A DNA stretch of 64,000 bases from a bacterium (GCA_026414725.1 JAOAIL010000001.1:136249-200248); one strand, 5' to 3'. Numbered from the stretch's first letter, positions 10,289 through 20,811 are shown. Translations and numbers: made by a program. The notes: generated by a model from the sequence alone, not told the origin.

Positions 10289-11694
10289 AAATAAGTGCCA
10301 TTTTATTATTCATTTGTGTAATGGTATTCAATGGATTCTCTCAGGAGATAAAACTACCAGAAGAACAGATTACAGGAGAAGATATCCGATTTGAGAAGAC
10401 CAGGTTATTTCCTTTTCCTGTCCCGCAATTTAACATAATAATTCCTGAATTACGCAAACCGGTGAAGAATGATGAGATATATAGGTCTGGTGAAGGTTAT
10501 CTCTCTTTATTCCTCGGAAGTAATACAACTTTTGGCAATACCTTATATTATCATTCATCAGATAATAAAGAAGCAGGATACCACCTCAATATAGGAAATA
10601 TTATTTCAGAAGGAACCAGAGATAACAATCAAAGGAAAAAAGTAGAGATTGATTTTCAGAGAATAGTTGCTTGTAATGAACTTTCATTGAAACTTATATC
10701 AGGAGATATGGAACTCCCTGGACCTGAGGGACATCCTTTTTCTAATATACAAAGGTCTTTTTTTTCATTCCATACCGATTATACATCTATGAAAAGTCAT
10801 TATATTACTCCTTCTATCAAACAGCACCTTTACATAATAGACAACAGAGATATAAATTTTACGACACTAAACTTTTCATTAGACAGGAATTATTCTACAT
10901 GGGAGACAGGAATAGAAAGGTATGATGTATTTAATAATGATTTTTCATCCACATCCTTTTATCAATCCATATATAAAATACAGGATAATCTTTCTCTGGG
11001 AGGTACTCTGAAAATAATAGAAAGATACGGAGTTAGATTTCTCCCTTCATTCAGATACAATCTAAGCGAATATATTACTTTAAAAATTAGTGGTACATAC
11101 CAGATACCCGACCTTTATAAAGATATATTATCCGAAGAATATAAAGAAATAACAAACTATAACTTTGCTCCTGAAGAGGAGTATAGAGTATCCATTGCAT
11201 TTCATAAAAGATTCAAAGATGGTTATATATACCTTGACATCTCCCCTTCTTACAGGGATAATTTCTACGGATGGGCGGATATTGATAAAAATGGCCTTTT
11301 TGAACCATACCCGCAGAATTACTGGCAGACAGCTATTAATCTTGAACTACAATATTCTTTAGCAGATTGTATAAAATGGTTCTTAAAAGGCGAGAAAAGA
11401 TTTATATCAGAAGATTTAGATTATTATCCTGAAGAAACGCTTAATACAGGACTGATATTAAAGTATGGACCTTTTTCATTCAGTCCCTATATCTCTTATA
11501 CAGGGGAAAGGAGATTTTCAGGCAAGAAATCCGGGAGTGTTCCTGTGGTGAATGCAGAAATACTCTTCCAAAAAGGAACTTCTATGGAATGGGGAGTATC
11601 AGTATATAATATTACAGACAGAGAATATTCCATAGTTCCAGGATATCCTGCTGAAGGAATAAATCTAATGTCATTTATAAAAATTTTCTTTTAG
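10285..11694 (+). CDS. putative outer-membrane beta-barrel protein
   Basis: N-terminal signal peptide, alternating hydrophobic/aromatic pattern, C-terminal ...IKIFF ending in Phe (OMP signature). ATGA overlap with the TPR gene. Confidence 0.4.
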   Translation: MKISAILLFICVMVFNGFSQEIKLPEEQITGEDIRFEKTRLFPFPVPQFNIIIPELRKPVKNDEIYRSGEGYLSLFLGSNTTFGNTLYYHSSDNKEAGYHLNIGNIISEGTRDNNQRKKVEIDFQRIVACNELSLKLISGDMELPGPEGHPFSNIQRSFFSFHTDYTSMKSHYITPSIKQHLYIIDNRDINFTTLNFSLDRNYSTWETGIERYDVFNNDFSSTSFYQSIYKIQDNLSLGGTLKIIERYGVRFLPSFRYNLSEYITLKISGTYQIPDLYKDILSEEYKEITNYNFAPEEEYRVSIAFHKRFKDGYIYLDISPSYRDNFYGWADIDKNGLFEPYPQNYWQTAINLELQYSLADCIKWFLKGEKRFISEDLDYYPEETLNTGLILKYGPFSFSPYISYTGERRFSGKKSGSVPVVNAEILFQKGTSMEWGVSVYNITDREYSIVPGYPAEGINLMSFIKIFF

Positions 11695-11710
11695 ACCAGT
11701 GGAGGGATAA

Positions 11711-12343
11711 ATGAGCTTATGGAATCTTATTGTAAAGGGTGGAGTAATAATGCTACCCATATTGCTTGCTGGTGTAATAACATTGGCAATCGTTATTGAA
11801 CGACTTTTATCGCTTAAAAACGCTGAAATAGACAACGAAAAATTTATAAAAGAGATAGAGGAACTTCTGAAAAGGAGAAAGATAAGAGATGCCTTACAAT
11901 TATGCGAAGAGCAAAATAAACCGGTTCCGAGAGTATTAAAAGCAGGGCTTTTGAAATCGGATAGAAGTAGAGAAGAAATCAAAGAAGCAATAGATGATGC
12001 AGCAAACCATGAAATACCTGTACTTGAAAAATATCTGGGAATTATTGCTACCATTGCAACTATTGCTCCTCTGCTCGGGCTTCTCGGTACTGTAACAGGA
12101 ATGATAAAGGCATTCATGGTTATAGAAGCAAAAGGTGGGCTTGTAAATCCTGGAGAACTTGCAGGGGGTATATGGGAGGCACTTGTAACGACTGTTGCAG
12201 GGCTTACTGTTGCTATACCTGCTTATCTGGCGTATAACTATTTTGTAAGCAGGGTAAACAATATAATCCTTCAGATGGAAAAAAGTGCTACACGGCTGAT
12301 AGATATTCTCTTCTTTTTGAAGTCAGAAGAGGAGGAAGCATAA
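11711..12343 (+). CDS. MotA/TolQ/ExbB family proton-channel protein
   Basis: 210 aa, three predicted TM helices, GLLGTV.GMI..F motif typical of ExbB/TolQ. Confidence 0.75.
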   Translation: MSLWNLIVKGGVIMLPILLAGVITLAIVIERLLSLKNAEIDNEKFIKEIEELLKRRKIRDALQLCEEQNKPVPRVLKAGLLKSDRSREEIKEAIDDAANHEIPVLEKYLGIIATIATIAPLLGLLGTVTGMIKAFMVIEAKGGLVNPGELAGGIWEALVTTVAGLTVAIPAYLAYNYFVSRVNNIILQMEKSATRLIDILFFLKSEEEEA

Positions 12344-12344
12344 T

Positions 12345-12749
12345 ATGAAATTTCCGAGGCACTATTCAATCATAAAAGGAGAACTTAACATAGCACCACT
12401 GATAGATGTTGTATTTCTTCAACTCATATATTTTATGTTGACATCAAGTTTTATTATGCAACCCGGGATAAAAATCAATCTACCTCAAGCAACAACTTCT
12501 GAAACAGTAACTGAAAAAGAAATTATCATAAGTATAACAAAAGAAGGTGGTATCTTTTACAGAGAAACTCCTTTAAGTATAGAACAGTTAGAAAATGTCC
12601 TGAAAAATACCTTAGCGGTCAATAAAGATAGGATTCTTATCATAAAAGGAGATAGAAAAGCAGAACACGGAATTGTTGTAAAGGTTATGGATATAGCAAG
12701 AAGAACAGGAATTAATAAAATCGTTATAGGAACTCTACCTGAAATATAA
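12345..12749 (+). CDS. ExbD/TolR biopolymer transport protein
   Basis: 134 aa. N-terminal NI.PLIDVVF.LLI.F TM segment is the characteristic ExbD/TolR signature. Confidence 0.75.
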   Translation: MKFPRHYSIIKGELNIAPLIDVVFLQLIYFMLTSSFIMQPGIKINLPQATTSETVTEKEIIISITKEGGIFYRETPLSIEQLENVLKNTLAVNKDRILIIKGDRKAEHGIVVKVMDIARRTGINKIVIGTLPEI

Positions 12750-12751
12750 AA

Positions 12752-13444
12752 ATGGTATGGAAACAGAACCTTTTATTGAAAGCATTTGTTATAAGTTTAT
12801 TGATACATATCGGTGGAATCTCTATTTTTTCACTTATACTACCCGTATCAATAAGAGAAATAGAACCTGTGGAAGTTTCCCTTCTCCCTACAAGTAACAT
12901 CCCATCTCCAGAAAAGACATACGTGGTGAAAAATATCTCTCCTGAAATTCCAAAGGTCTCACCGAAAACAGAAAAAATAGCAATAGAAAAGATTAGAAAG
13001 GACATTTTAAAATTCTCATCGGAGGAAACCATAGGGGCATCAAGGATTATTACACCTCCAGAGATACTCTCTACAAGATTTGAACTCCCTGATGTCAAGA
13101 TGCCTGACATAATACCATTCGGTAAGACAGACACCTATTCAGAAAATAGGGCTTCCATATCAGATGTTGAAATAGAAGGTCCTGCCGGAAACAGGTCGCT
13201 CATCTACAAAGAACCAGTTGAATATCCAGAATGGGCAATTGAGAAAGCACTGGAGGGTAATATAAGAATTAAATTCTGGGTTGCCCCTGATGGTAAAATT
13301 ATTCTTACAAATCTCATTACATCTTCCGGCTATCCTGAACTTGACCTCTATGCAGAACAGAAATTTAGAAAATGGTTATTTGAACCAATACAGACAGATA
13401 AACAAGCATGGGGTTTAATAACATTTAGATTTTACTTAAAATGA
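12752..13444 (+). CDS. TonB/TolA-like energy transducer
   Basis: N-terminal TM anchor, Pro/Glu/Lys-rich spacer, C-terminal domain ending ...G.I.IKFWVAPDGKI... like the TonB C-terminus. Confidence 0.55.
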   Translation: MVWKQNLLLKAFVISLLIHIGGISIFSLILPVSIREIEPVEVSLLPTSNIPSPEKTYVVKNISPEIPKVSPKTEKIAIEKIRKDILKFSSEETIGASRIITPPEILSTRFELPDVKMPDIIPFGKTDTYSENRASISDVEIEGPAGNRSLIYKEPVEYPEWAIEKALEGNIRIKFWVAPDGKIILTNLITSSGYPELDLYAEQKFRKWLFEPIQTDKQAWGLITFRFYLK

Positions 13445-13692
13445 TTAAGATAGAGATTAATCTGGCGGTATCTATTTATCTGACTGTCAGTATTTTCATC
13501 TTGTTATTGTGGATTTTATTTGAATATAGGAAAGATAACAAAGAAAAAGCAAGAAGGTATGATACCCTTTGGCAGTGTCCCATATGTTTTTATACATATA
13601 TTGACAGCAGGTCTGAGAATATCTCCAGATGTCCAAAGTGTAGCACTCTTCACAGCAGGGAAGAAAAAGTGTACAATATAAAAGGAGATTAA
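13441..13692 (+). CDS. small membrane-anchored zinc-ribbon protein (hypothetical)
   Basis: One TM helix followed by CPIC....CPKC zinc-ribbon spacing. ATGA overlap with the TonB-like gene. Confidence 0.4.
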   Translation: MIKIEINLAVSIYLTVSIFILLLWILFEYRKDNKEKARRYDTLWQCPICFYTYIDSRSENISRCPKCSTLHSREEKVYNIKGD

Positions 13693-13714
13693 CCTTTCTC
13701 TGAAAGGAGATGTT

Positions 13715-13921
13715 ATGATAACAGAAATTGGAATAGTTGCGGGTGAAGTATGGCAGTATCTTGAAAAATATAATGAGGCATCTCTTTCTCAGATAGCGAG
13801 GGCAATAAAAAGAGAAAGAGACCTTGTAATGTTAAGTTTAGGGTGGTTAGGAAGGGAAGGACATATTCTGATTACAAAAGAAGGCGATGAATATATAATA
13901 ACCTTCCGTAAAAAAGAATAG
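13715..13921 (+). CDS. small winged-helix-like protein (hypothetical)
   Basis: 68 aa, RBS AAGGAG. Helix-turn-helix-like LSQIARAI segment. Confidence 0.35.
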   Translation: MITEIGIVAGEVWQYLEKYNEASLSQIARAIKRERDLVMLSLGWLGREGHILITKEGDEYIITFRKKE

Positions 13922-13982
13922 TATTTCAAAATTCCTAAACTTTATAAATTTTTAGAGATTTGGAGTTATCTTTTTTCTTAAA

Positions 13983-14056
13983 TGGGGGATCGTCTAATGG
14001 TAGGACACGAGACTCTGGATCTCGGCGTCTAGGTTCAAATCCTAGTCCCCCAGCCA
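13983..14056 (+). tRNA. tRNA-Gln (anticodon CUG), CCA encoded
   Basis: Cloverleaf folded by hand. U1:A72 acceptor (TGGGGGA/TCCCCCA). Anticodon loop CU-CUG-GA. T-arm CTAGG-TTCAAAT-CCTAG. 3' GCCA. Confidence 0.8.
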
Positions 14057-14261
14057 ATTTTATAAACAAAGAGTTTAAGAGAGTTTTCTCTGCCTATTTT
14101 GTAAAAGGAGGATGATATCTTTTTCTATTCCTAACTCATCATATCTTTTTAACAATTGGTCTGGCGTTGAATATGTCGCTTTTCCTTTTCTTAAGAATGT
14201 TTGATATTTTCTTTCATGTACATGGATATCTATAAACATCTCTTTCCTTATCTATTTTTAA

Positions 14262-15026
14262 CTACCACTTTATTATATCAAGTGCTGAATCAATCAAAAA
14301 CTCCTTTTCTATAAAGTATGGATTTTCTAACTTTTTCCCCTCAGAATCCATTCTTCTTACAACCAACTTTACAGGAAGTTTTATCTTATATGGCTTAAGT
14401 TCCGGGATTAACTTCACTGCCTTTTTAGCCCCTTCCTTTAACATCTCTCGCGTCTCTTCTGGAGGTATTAAAACAGCTGATTCTCTACTTATACCCTTCT
14501 TTACTGCTACACAGGGTAGATTTTCTCCCAATGTTGCCTTCGCTTCCTTACATGCTGCTTCGTCTCCTGAAACGAGTATAACAGGAACATTATAGTGTCC
14601 CGCAATTACAGCGCACTGATAGATTTCACCTCTTTCTATCCCATCATAAAAGTACTTTGCCTCTGTAATATGATTCTGTGTATGGTGTAATAAACCATCT
14701 TGAGTCCCATTCATTGAGTGATATCCCAGCAGAATAAAACCATCAAATGACTCATCCAGACCATATAAAGGACATGGACGAGGAACACCTGTAATATAGC
14801 GTACACCCGGGACCATCAGTTCTGGTATAAAGTTATTCCCTCCATTATGACCATCAAGGACATATATCTCTTTAACACCTGCATCTTTAAGTCCTTCTAC
14901 TACAGCAGATATATCTCCCATTAGAAGTTTCATCGCTTCTTTAAATTCTGGTGCTCCTTTCATTGTCTGTTCCCATTTAAAAATCCCTGTAGCACCCTCT
15001 AAATCTGTACATATATATATTTTCAT
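14262..15026 (-). CDS. D-aminopeptidase DppA-like (peptidase M55)
   Basis: MKIYICTDLEGATG ... LLGYH ... VPVILVSGDEAACKEA parallels B. subtilis DppA segment by segment. Confidence 0.7.
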   Translation of the reverse strand: MKIYICTDLEGATGIFKWEQTMKGAPEFKEAMKLLMGDISAVVEGLKDAGVKEIYVLDGHNGGNNFIPELMVPGVRYITGVPRPCPLYGLDESFDGFILLGYHSMNGTQDGLLHHTQNHITEAKYFYDGIERGEIYQCAVIAGHYNVPVILVSGDEAACKEAKATLGENLPCVAVKKGISRESAVLIPPEETREMLKEGAKKAVKLIPELKPYKIKLPVKLVVRRMDSEGKKLENPYFIEKEFLIDSALDIIKW

Positions 15027-15277
15027 TTTATCCCTCCTCTTTCATTTTTCTCGCAATGTCTAACAAGAAAATAGAGTTGATAGAAGTCAATACCGCTATC
15101 AATAATAAGATATTCATCAAGTGCAAAATAATAATTATTCCTCATCACCCATCCTTCTTTATTTTTAATAATTATACATCTTGTTTTTATAAAGAAAAGT
15201 ATTATTTCTTGTTATTTTAGTGTCAAAATCTGCTCTTGAAGTTTTCTCTCTATCTTCTTTATGATAAAATTTTTACT

Positions 15278-17245
15278 ATGGAGCATAATAAGCAAATAAA
15301 AAATACATATGGACATATGGTAACGGACTATTATGTGGCTGTATTACGAGAGATATATAAAGAAAGAGCAAAGAAACTTAAATCTATAAAAACAAGGAAA
15401 GATGCAGAAAAATATCAGGAATATGTCCGGTCTGCAATCAAAAAGGCATTTCCTTTACCTGAAACCAAGACACCATTGACCCCCAGAATCACAGGAGTAC
15501 TGGAAAAACCTGGGTATAAGATAGAAAAGATTATTTTTGAAAGTAGAAAGAAATTTTTTGTAACAGGAAACCTTTATATACCTAACAATCTCAAGAGGGA
15601 AGCACCTGCGGTTCTGGTTTCCTGTGGACATGAGACAAAAGGGAAAGCATATCCTCTGTATCAGCAGGTCTGTATCCGTCTGGTAAAGTCCGGTTTTGTT
15701 GTCTTTATATATGACCCTATCAGTCAGGGTGAGAGAGACCAGTACTATGATACTTTTGATGAGCAACATCCTTTGAGGACTAATTGTTGTTATGCACACA
15801 ATATGCTTGGGAAACAATTAGAACTGGTTGGAGATTTTTTTGGTGCCTGGCGTGTATGGGATGGTATCAGGGCACTTGACTATCTCCTTTCAAGAAGTGA
15901 AGTAGACCATAAAAAAATAGGACTTACCGGTTGTTCTGGTGGGGGAACACTCACCACCTGGCTCTGGGCACTTGATGACAGATTTACTTTTGCTGCACCT
16001 TCCTGTTTTATTACAACATTTCTTGCAAACATGGAAAACGAACTCCCCTCTGATAATGAACAGTGTCCACCAGGAATTATTGCTGCAGGACTTGAACAGT
16101 CGGACTTTTTTATAGCAAAGGCACCAAAGCCAGTAATTTTACTCGGGCAGAAATATGACTTCTTTGATATCAGGGGATTTAGAGAAGCATATTCAGATAT
16201 TAGAAGATTTTACCGTATATACAGAGCAGAAGATAATATAAGAGTGTTTATTGGAGAGAACCTCCATGGTTATTCCCCAGACCACCAGAAAGAGATGGTA
16301 AAGTTTTTCTGCAGGTATACAGGGACGAAGCCATACACAGAAGATGTCTCTTACACTGTTGAACAGATAGAAAATCTTTGGGCAACAAGAAAGGGACAGG
16401 TTATATCAGAAGGGTCAAAACCCGCATATGAGATAATTGCAGAAATATCAAAGGAAATAACCCGGAAAAAAAGGGACCGTTCATTTCAGCAAATTTCATC
16501 CACAGTGAAAAAGATATTGAATATTAGTATTTCTAAAGCAGTTCCCTATTATAGAATCCTCCGACCTTTTTATTCCGAAAAAGGTGATTATGTTATCTCC
16601 AGATATGCAATAGAAACAGAAAAAAATATCTCTGTAATCCTATATAAGAAGGCAAGAGATACTTCTAAGGCTTTTGTCCTTGAACCAGAAAAAAATATTT
16701 CTCTTTATATCCCTCATATAAGTGCATTACAGGATATTGAAGAAGACCCATTAGCACTTTCTCTGTTCTCTGAAGGGGACATTTATTCTATTGATGTCCG
16801 TGGTATAGGTGTATCTATGCCAGATACTCCTGATGACTTTTTACACCCATATGGATATAACTATCTGCTAAAGTCATATGCACTTATGTTAGGAAAGCCC
16901 TATTTAGGTCAGCGGATATATGATATCCTCTCTGCATTTAACCTTCTTAAAAGTAAAGGTGTAAAGGAGATATCTCTTTATGGAAGGGGACAGGGTTCCA
17001 TCATAGCACTCTTTATTGCTATTCTTTGTAAAGATATAAAAAAAGTAGTAATAAAAAATTATCCACCCTCTTTTTATGAATGGACACAGGTTCCTTCATT
17101 TCTCTGGCCTGATGCAAATGTCCCGCCATCCATCCTTAAATATATAGATATCCCTGAATTGATAAAAACACTGGAGGGTAAGATAGAACTTATAGAGCCA
17201 TGGGGACCTGATATGGGAGCAAGTCAATGGAAGATAAAATACTGA
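15278..17245 (+). CDS. alpha/beta-hydrolase-fold protein (esterase/peptidase-like)
   Basis: GLTGCSGGG nucleophile-elbow-like motif (G.S.G) within a roughly 650-aa protein. The ORF track start at 15236 is TTG; the first ATG is at 15278. Confidence 0.45.
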   Translation: MEHNKQIKNTYGHMVTDYYVAVLREIYKERAKKLKSIKTRKDAEKYQEYVRSAIKKAFPLPETKTPLTPRITGVLEKPGYKIEKIIFESRKKFFVTGNLYIPNNLKREAPAVLVSCGHETKGKAYPLYQQVCIRLVKSGFVVFIYDPISQGERDQYYDTFDEQHPLRTNCCYAHNMLGKQLELVGDFFGAWRVWDGIRALDYLLSRSEVDHKKIGLTGCSGGGTLTTWLWALDDRFTFAAPSCFITTFLANMENELPSDNEQCPPGIIAAGLEQSDFFIAKAPKPVILLGQKYDFFDIRGFREAYSDIRRFYRIYRAEDNIRVFIGENLHGYSPDHQKEMVKFFCRYTGTKPYTEDVSYTVEQIENLWATRKGQVISEGSKPAYEIIAEISKEITRKKRDRSFQQISSTVKKILNISISKAVPYYRILRPFYSEKGDYVISRYAIETEKNISVILYKKARDTSKAFVLEPEKNISLYIPHISALQDIEEDPLALSLFSEGDIYSIDVRGIGVSMPDTPDDFLHPYGYNYLLKSYALMLGKPYLGQRIYDILSAFNLLKSKGVKEISLYGRGQGSIIALFIAILCKDIKKVVIKNYPPSFYEWTQVPSFLWPDANVPPSILKYIDIPELIKTLEGKIELIEPWGPDMGASQWKIKY

Positions 17246-17742
17246 AGGAGATCGTAGATACAGTAAAAGGGATAGAAAAAGAGAATTATACACTTATAAT
17301 TTCTATTATTAAAAAAGCAAAAAGGGTATTTGTTGTAGGGACAGGAAGAAGTGGACTGATAGGAAGATGTTTTGCAACTCGCCTTAGACATATCAATATC
17401 GAAAGTTATGTTACAGGGGAGACCATCTGTCCGCCAATAAGAAAAGGAGACCTGCTTGTTGCTATATCATCTTCAGGAACTAAAAAAACTGTTGCAGCCA
17501 TAACAGAGATAGCAAAAGAGTCCGGAGCAAAGATACTTGTTATTACATCTGAAAAAAATAGCCCTCTAACAGAATTGGCTGACCATATAGTTCTCATACC
17601 TGCAAAAAACTCTATTCAGTTTGGTGGTTCACTTTTTGAACAGGTAGTATCTATATTCCTTGACATCTCTCTGGAAAAATTCAGAAAACAGGAAGGGATT
17701 TCTTACAGCAATATGGTTAAGAGACATACCAATTTAGAGTAG
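17227..17742 (+). CDS. hxlB: 6-phospho-3-hexuloisomerase (SIS domain, HxlB/PHI)
   Basis: VFVVGTGRSGLIGRCFATRL ... SSSGTKKT ... GSLFEQ....F.D ... HTNLE closely parallels B. subtilis HxlB, including the C-terminal HANLE. Confidence 0.75.
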   Translation: MEDKILKEIVDTVKGIEKENYTLIISIIKKAKRVFVVGTGRSGLIGRCFATRLRHINIESYVTGETICPPIRKGDLLVAISSSGTKKTVAAITEIAKESGAKILVITSEKNSPLTELADHIVLIPAKNSIQFGGSLFEQVVSIFLDISLEKFRKQEGISYSNMVKRHTNLE

Positions 17743-17744
17743 AA

Positions 17745-18416
17745 TCACTTCTGTCCATAGCGAGAAGAGTGGTACCTGCTATACCACTTTTCAATCTCTT
17801 TCTTACAGAGAGGCATAATCTTTTTACCTGTCAATTTCCTGCCCAGTAATGCATAATAAGAAACCTCTGCACAATATTCAGCCATAAGGGCATAAAATGC
17901 GCTCTTTGAAGGTGTCTCTCCAAAAGTAAAAAGTCCATGTTTACCAAGAATTATGGCATTACAGCCGGTCTTTTTGTATACCTTTAGCAGCTCTACCCCT
18001 ATATTATCTCCTGTGTTATCCACATACCTGCTTACAGGTATCTCGCTTCCAAAGACATCCGCATGTGCTGTTGTTAAAACAGGAACAGGTATTCCAAGTA
18101 TAGCAAAGACAGTGATAAACTTAGAGTGGGTATGACAGACCCCGCAGATATCTTTCAGGTTTTTATAGAGAAATAGATGATGCGGGGTATCCACAGATGG
18201 TTTAAGCCCCTTTTTATCTACTGTATTTCCTGCCATATCAACCCTGACTATCATATGTTCACAAAGTTTTTCATATGAAACACCGCTGGGCTTTATATAT
18301 ATCATCCCTTCTTTTCTATCTGCCCCGCTTACATTCCCCTGACTGCCATATACAAGACCATTCTTCCACAAAAATATATTTGATTCCCATACCTCTTTTC
18401 TTAAATCCTTATTCAT
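17745..18416 (-). CDS. araD: L-ribulose-5-phosphate 4-epimerase (class II aldolase/adducin family)
   Basis: GNVS..DR..G...IKPSGV.Y ... SDTP.H..LY ... HTHS..... C-terminal ...YGQ as in E. coli AraD. Confidence 0.75.
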   Translation of the reverse strand: MNKDLRKEVWESNIFLWKNGLVYGSQGNVSGADRKEGMIYIKPSGVSYEKLCEHMIVRVDMAGNTVDKKGLKPSVDTPHHLFLYKNLKDICGVCHTHSKFITVFAILGIPVPVLTTAHADVFGSEIPVSRYVDNTGDNIGVELLKVYKKTGCNAIILGKHGLFTFGETPSKSAFYALMAEYCAEVSYYALLGRKLTGKKIMPLCKKEIEKWYSRYHSSRYGQK

Positions 18417-20086
18417 CCTATTCCCTTCCTTATCTCAAGAAGTTCCTTCATCACATAGTAGAGATTTTTTCCTGTCTCTTTTGTGCCGAAAACATCATGG
18501 AGGTCTCTGTATATACCATAAAGCCGGTCATAAACCATCTTGTTTTTCATGCATGGACTATAAATCTCATCTTTGTATCTGCATATCCTTTTCTGTGCCT
18601 CTTCCACACTCTCAAATCCTCCTTTTTCTTTTCCAGCAGCAATAGCCCCAAACATCGCAGCTCCTGAAGCACATGTCTGTGATGACTCTGCTATCTTAAG
18701 AGTTCTTCCTGTAATATCTGCATATATCTGCATTAGAAGCGGGTTTTTATCAGGGATACCACCGGTTGCAACTATCTCATTTATTTCCACTCCGTACTCC
18801 TCCATCCGCTCAATTATTACCCTCGCACCAAAGCCAGTTGCCTCTATAAGTGTTCTGTATATCTCTTCAGGTCTGGTATTTAATGTCAGCCCGAGTATAA
18901 GTCCTGTAAGTTTCTGGTCCACAAGGACATTACGGTTTCCATTGTGCCAGTCAAGTACAACAAGCCCTGTCTCACCAGGTTTAAGTTTTCCTGCAAGTGT
19001 AGCATAATATCTATGTGGGTCTTTAACTGTAGGAGGCGCAAACTTTTTAACAAACCAGTTAAATATATCACCCACAGCGGACTGTCCTGCTTCAATTCCG
19101 ATATAGCCAGGGATAATGGAGTGAGGAACTATCCCACATATTCCAGGAATATCTCTTATCTTCTTATCCATTGGTGCCACTGTCATATCACAGGAAGAGG
19201 TTCCTATCACCTTTACCAAATCCCCTGGACCTACCCCTGCACCCACAGCACCCATATGGGCGTCAAAGGCACCCACACTTACAGGGATACCCTGTTGAAG
19301 CCCTGTCTTCTTTGCCCAGTTAGGACATAGATAGCCAGCAATCTCACCCGCAGGATATGCCTTCTGATACAGTTTGTTCCTTATCCCCTTAAACCTTTCA
19401 TCTACCCTGCACAAAAACTCCTCATCAGGAAGACCACCCCATTCCTCACTATACATTGCTTTATGCCCTGCTGCACATATGCTTCTTATAACTTCAGAAG
19501 GGCTCCTCTTACCGCTTAAAATTGCCGGGATATAATCACAGAGTTCTACAAATGACGCCATCTTATTAAATACATTTGGGTCTGTTCTTATCAGATGGAG
19601 CAGTTTTGAAAAGAACCATTCTGATGAATATACTCCCCCTATCTTTGAAAGATACTCAGGCCTTTCTTTCCTCGCAATCTCTGTTATCTCCTCTGCTTCA
19701 TCTGCACCTGTATGGTCTTTCCAGAGGTATGCCATCGCATTTTTGTTGTTTTTAAATTCCTTATGAAAGGAAAGGGGGACCATCTCCTCATCCACAGGCA
19801 TAGGGGTACTACCTGTTGTATCCACACCAATCCCTATAATCTTTTCAGGTCTGAAGATTTTATCCCTTTTTGCCTTCCTTACAACATCCTTTATCACCTT
19901 TTCCATACATATGTGGTAGTCATAAGGGTTCTGTCTGGCAAGGTGCGGGTCTTTTTCATCAAGTATAATACCTTCTGTTCCTGATGGATAATTACAGACC
20001 GCCTCTGCTATCTCAATACCATTTTCAAGGTCAAGGATTATAGCCCTTACAGAATTTGTCCCGAAGTCCAGTCCTAATGAGTACAT
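18413..20086 (-). CDS. araB: ribulokinase (FGGY carbohydrate kinase)
   Basis: 557 aa. GLDFGT.SVRA, GVDTTGSTP.PVD, YLWKDHT..EAEEIT, IGG.YSSEWF..K.LH match E. coli AraB block by block. Confidence 0.85.
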   Translation of the reverse strand: MYSLGLDFGTNSVRAIILDLENGIEIAEAVCNYPSGTEGIILDEKDPHLARQNPYDYHICMEKVIKDVVRKAKRDKIFRPEKIIGIGVDTTGSTPMPVDEEMVPLSFHKEFKNNKNAMAYLWKDHTGADEAEEITEIARKERPEYLSKIGGVYSSEWFFSKLLHLIRTDPNVFNKMASFVELCDYIPAILSGKRSPSEVIRSICAAGHKAMYSEEWGGLPDEEFLCRVDERFKGIRNKLYQKAYPAGEIAGYLCPNWAKKTGLQQGIPVSVGAFDAHMGAVGAGVGPGDLVKVIGTSSCDMTVAPMDKKIRDIPGICGIVPHSIIPGYIGIEAGQSAVGDIFNWFVKKFAPPTVKDPHRYYATLAGKLKPGETGLVVLDWHNGNRNVLVDQKLTGLILGLTLNTRPEEIYRTLIEATGFGARVIIERMEEYGVEINEIVATGGIPDKNPLLMQIYADITGRTLKIAESSQTCASGAAMFGAIAAGKEKGGFESVEEAQKRICRYKDEIYSPCMKNKMVYDRLYGIYRDLHDVFGTKETGKNLYYVMKELLEIRKGIG

Positions 20087-20145
20087 ACCTCCTCCTCTTT
20101 CTACTTTTACCTACTCATTATATAATAACTGTGGAGATTCTTGCA

Positions 20146-20811
20146 ATGGAAAGCATAAAAGAAAATGTGAAGAGAATCCTTGCTGAGATACCTGAAGGAG
20201 TGGTTCTTGTTGCTGCTACAAAAGGAAGAAGTATAGAAGAAATAAATGAAGCAATTGATTCAGGTATAAAAGTTATCGGTGAGAATTATGTCCAGGAGGC
20301 AGAAGAAAAATTTAAGGAGATAGGGAAGTCAGTCCAGTGGCACTTCATAGGACACCTTCAGAGAAATAAGGTGAAAAAAGCACTGGACATCTTTGATTGC
20401 ATAGAAACACTTGATAATATCAATTTAGCAAAAGAGATAGATAAATATGCAGGGAAAAAAGGAATTATATTTCCAGTGTTAATCGAAGTGAATAGCGCAC
20501 GAGAACCACAGAAGTCAGGGATTTTACCTGAGGAGGTAGAAAGATTTATCAGTGAGATATCTGAATTGAAAAATATAAAAGTTGAAGGGTTGATGACGAT
20601 GGGACCAATGGTTGAAAAACCTGAGGATATAAGACCTTATTTCTGTTTAACAAAAACAATTTTTTATAAACTTAAAGAAAAGAAATTTCCCAATGTAGAG
20701 ATGAAATATCTCTCTATGGGTATGAGCGGTACATGGAAGATAGCCATAAAAGAGGGAGCAAATATAATACGTATCGGAAGTGCTATCTTTGGACAGAGGA
20801 GAAAATTATGA
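20146..20811 (+). CDS. yggS: YggS-family PLP homeostasis protein (alanine-racemase-N fold)
   Basis: VAATKGRSIEEI.EAIDSGI...GENYVQE pattern. The ORF-track start at 20056 is an N-terminal extension; ATG is at 20146. Confidence 0.75.
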   Translation: MESIKENVKRILAEIPEGVVLVAATKGRSIEEINEAIDSGIKVIGENYVQEAEEKFKEIGKSVQWHFIGHLQRNKVKKALDIFDCIETLDNINLAKEIDKYAGKKGIIFPVLIEVNSAREPQKSGILPEEVERFISEISELKNIKVEGLMTMGPMVEKPEDIRPYFCLTKTIFYKLKEKKFPNVEMKYLSMGMSGTWKIAIKEGANIIRIGSAIFGQRRKL

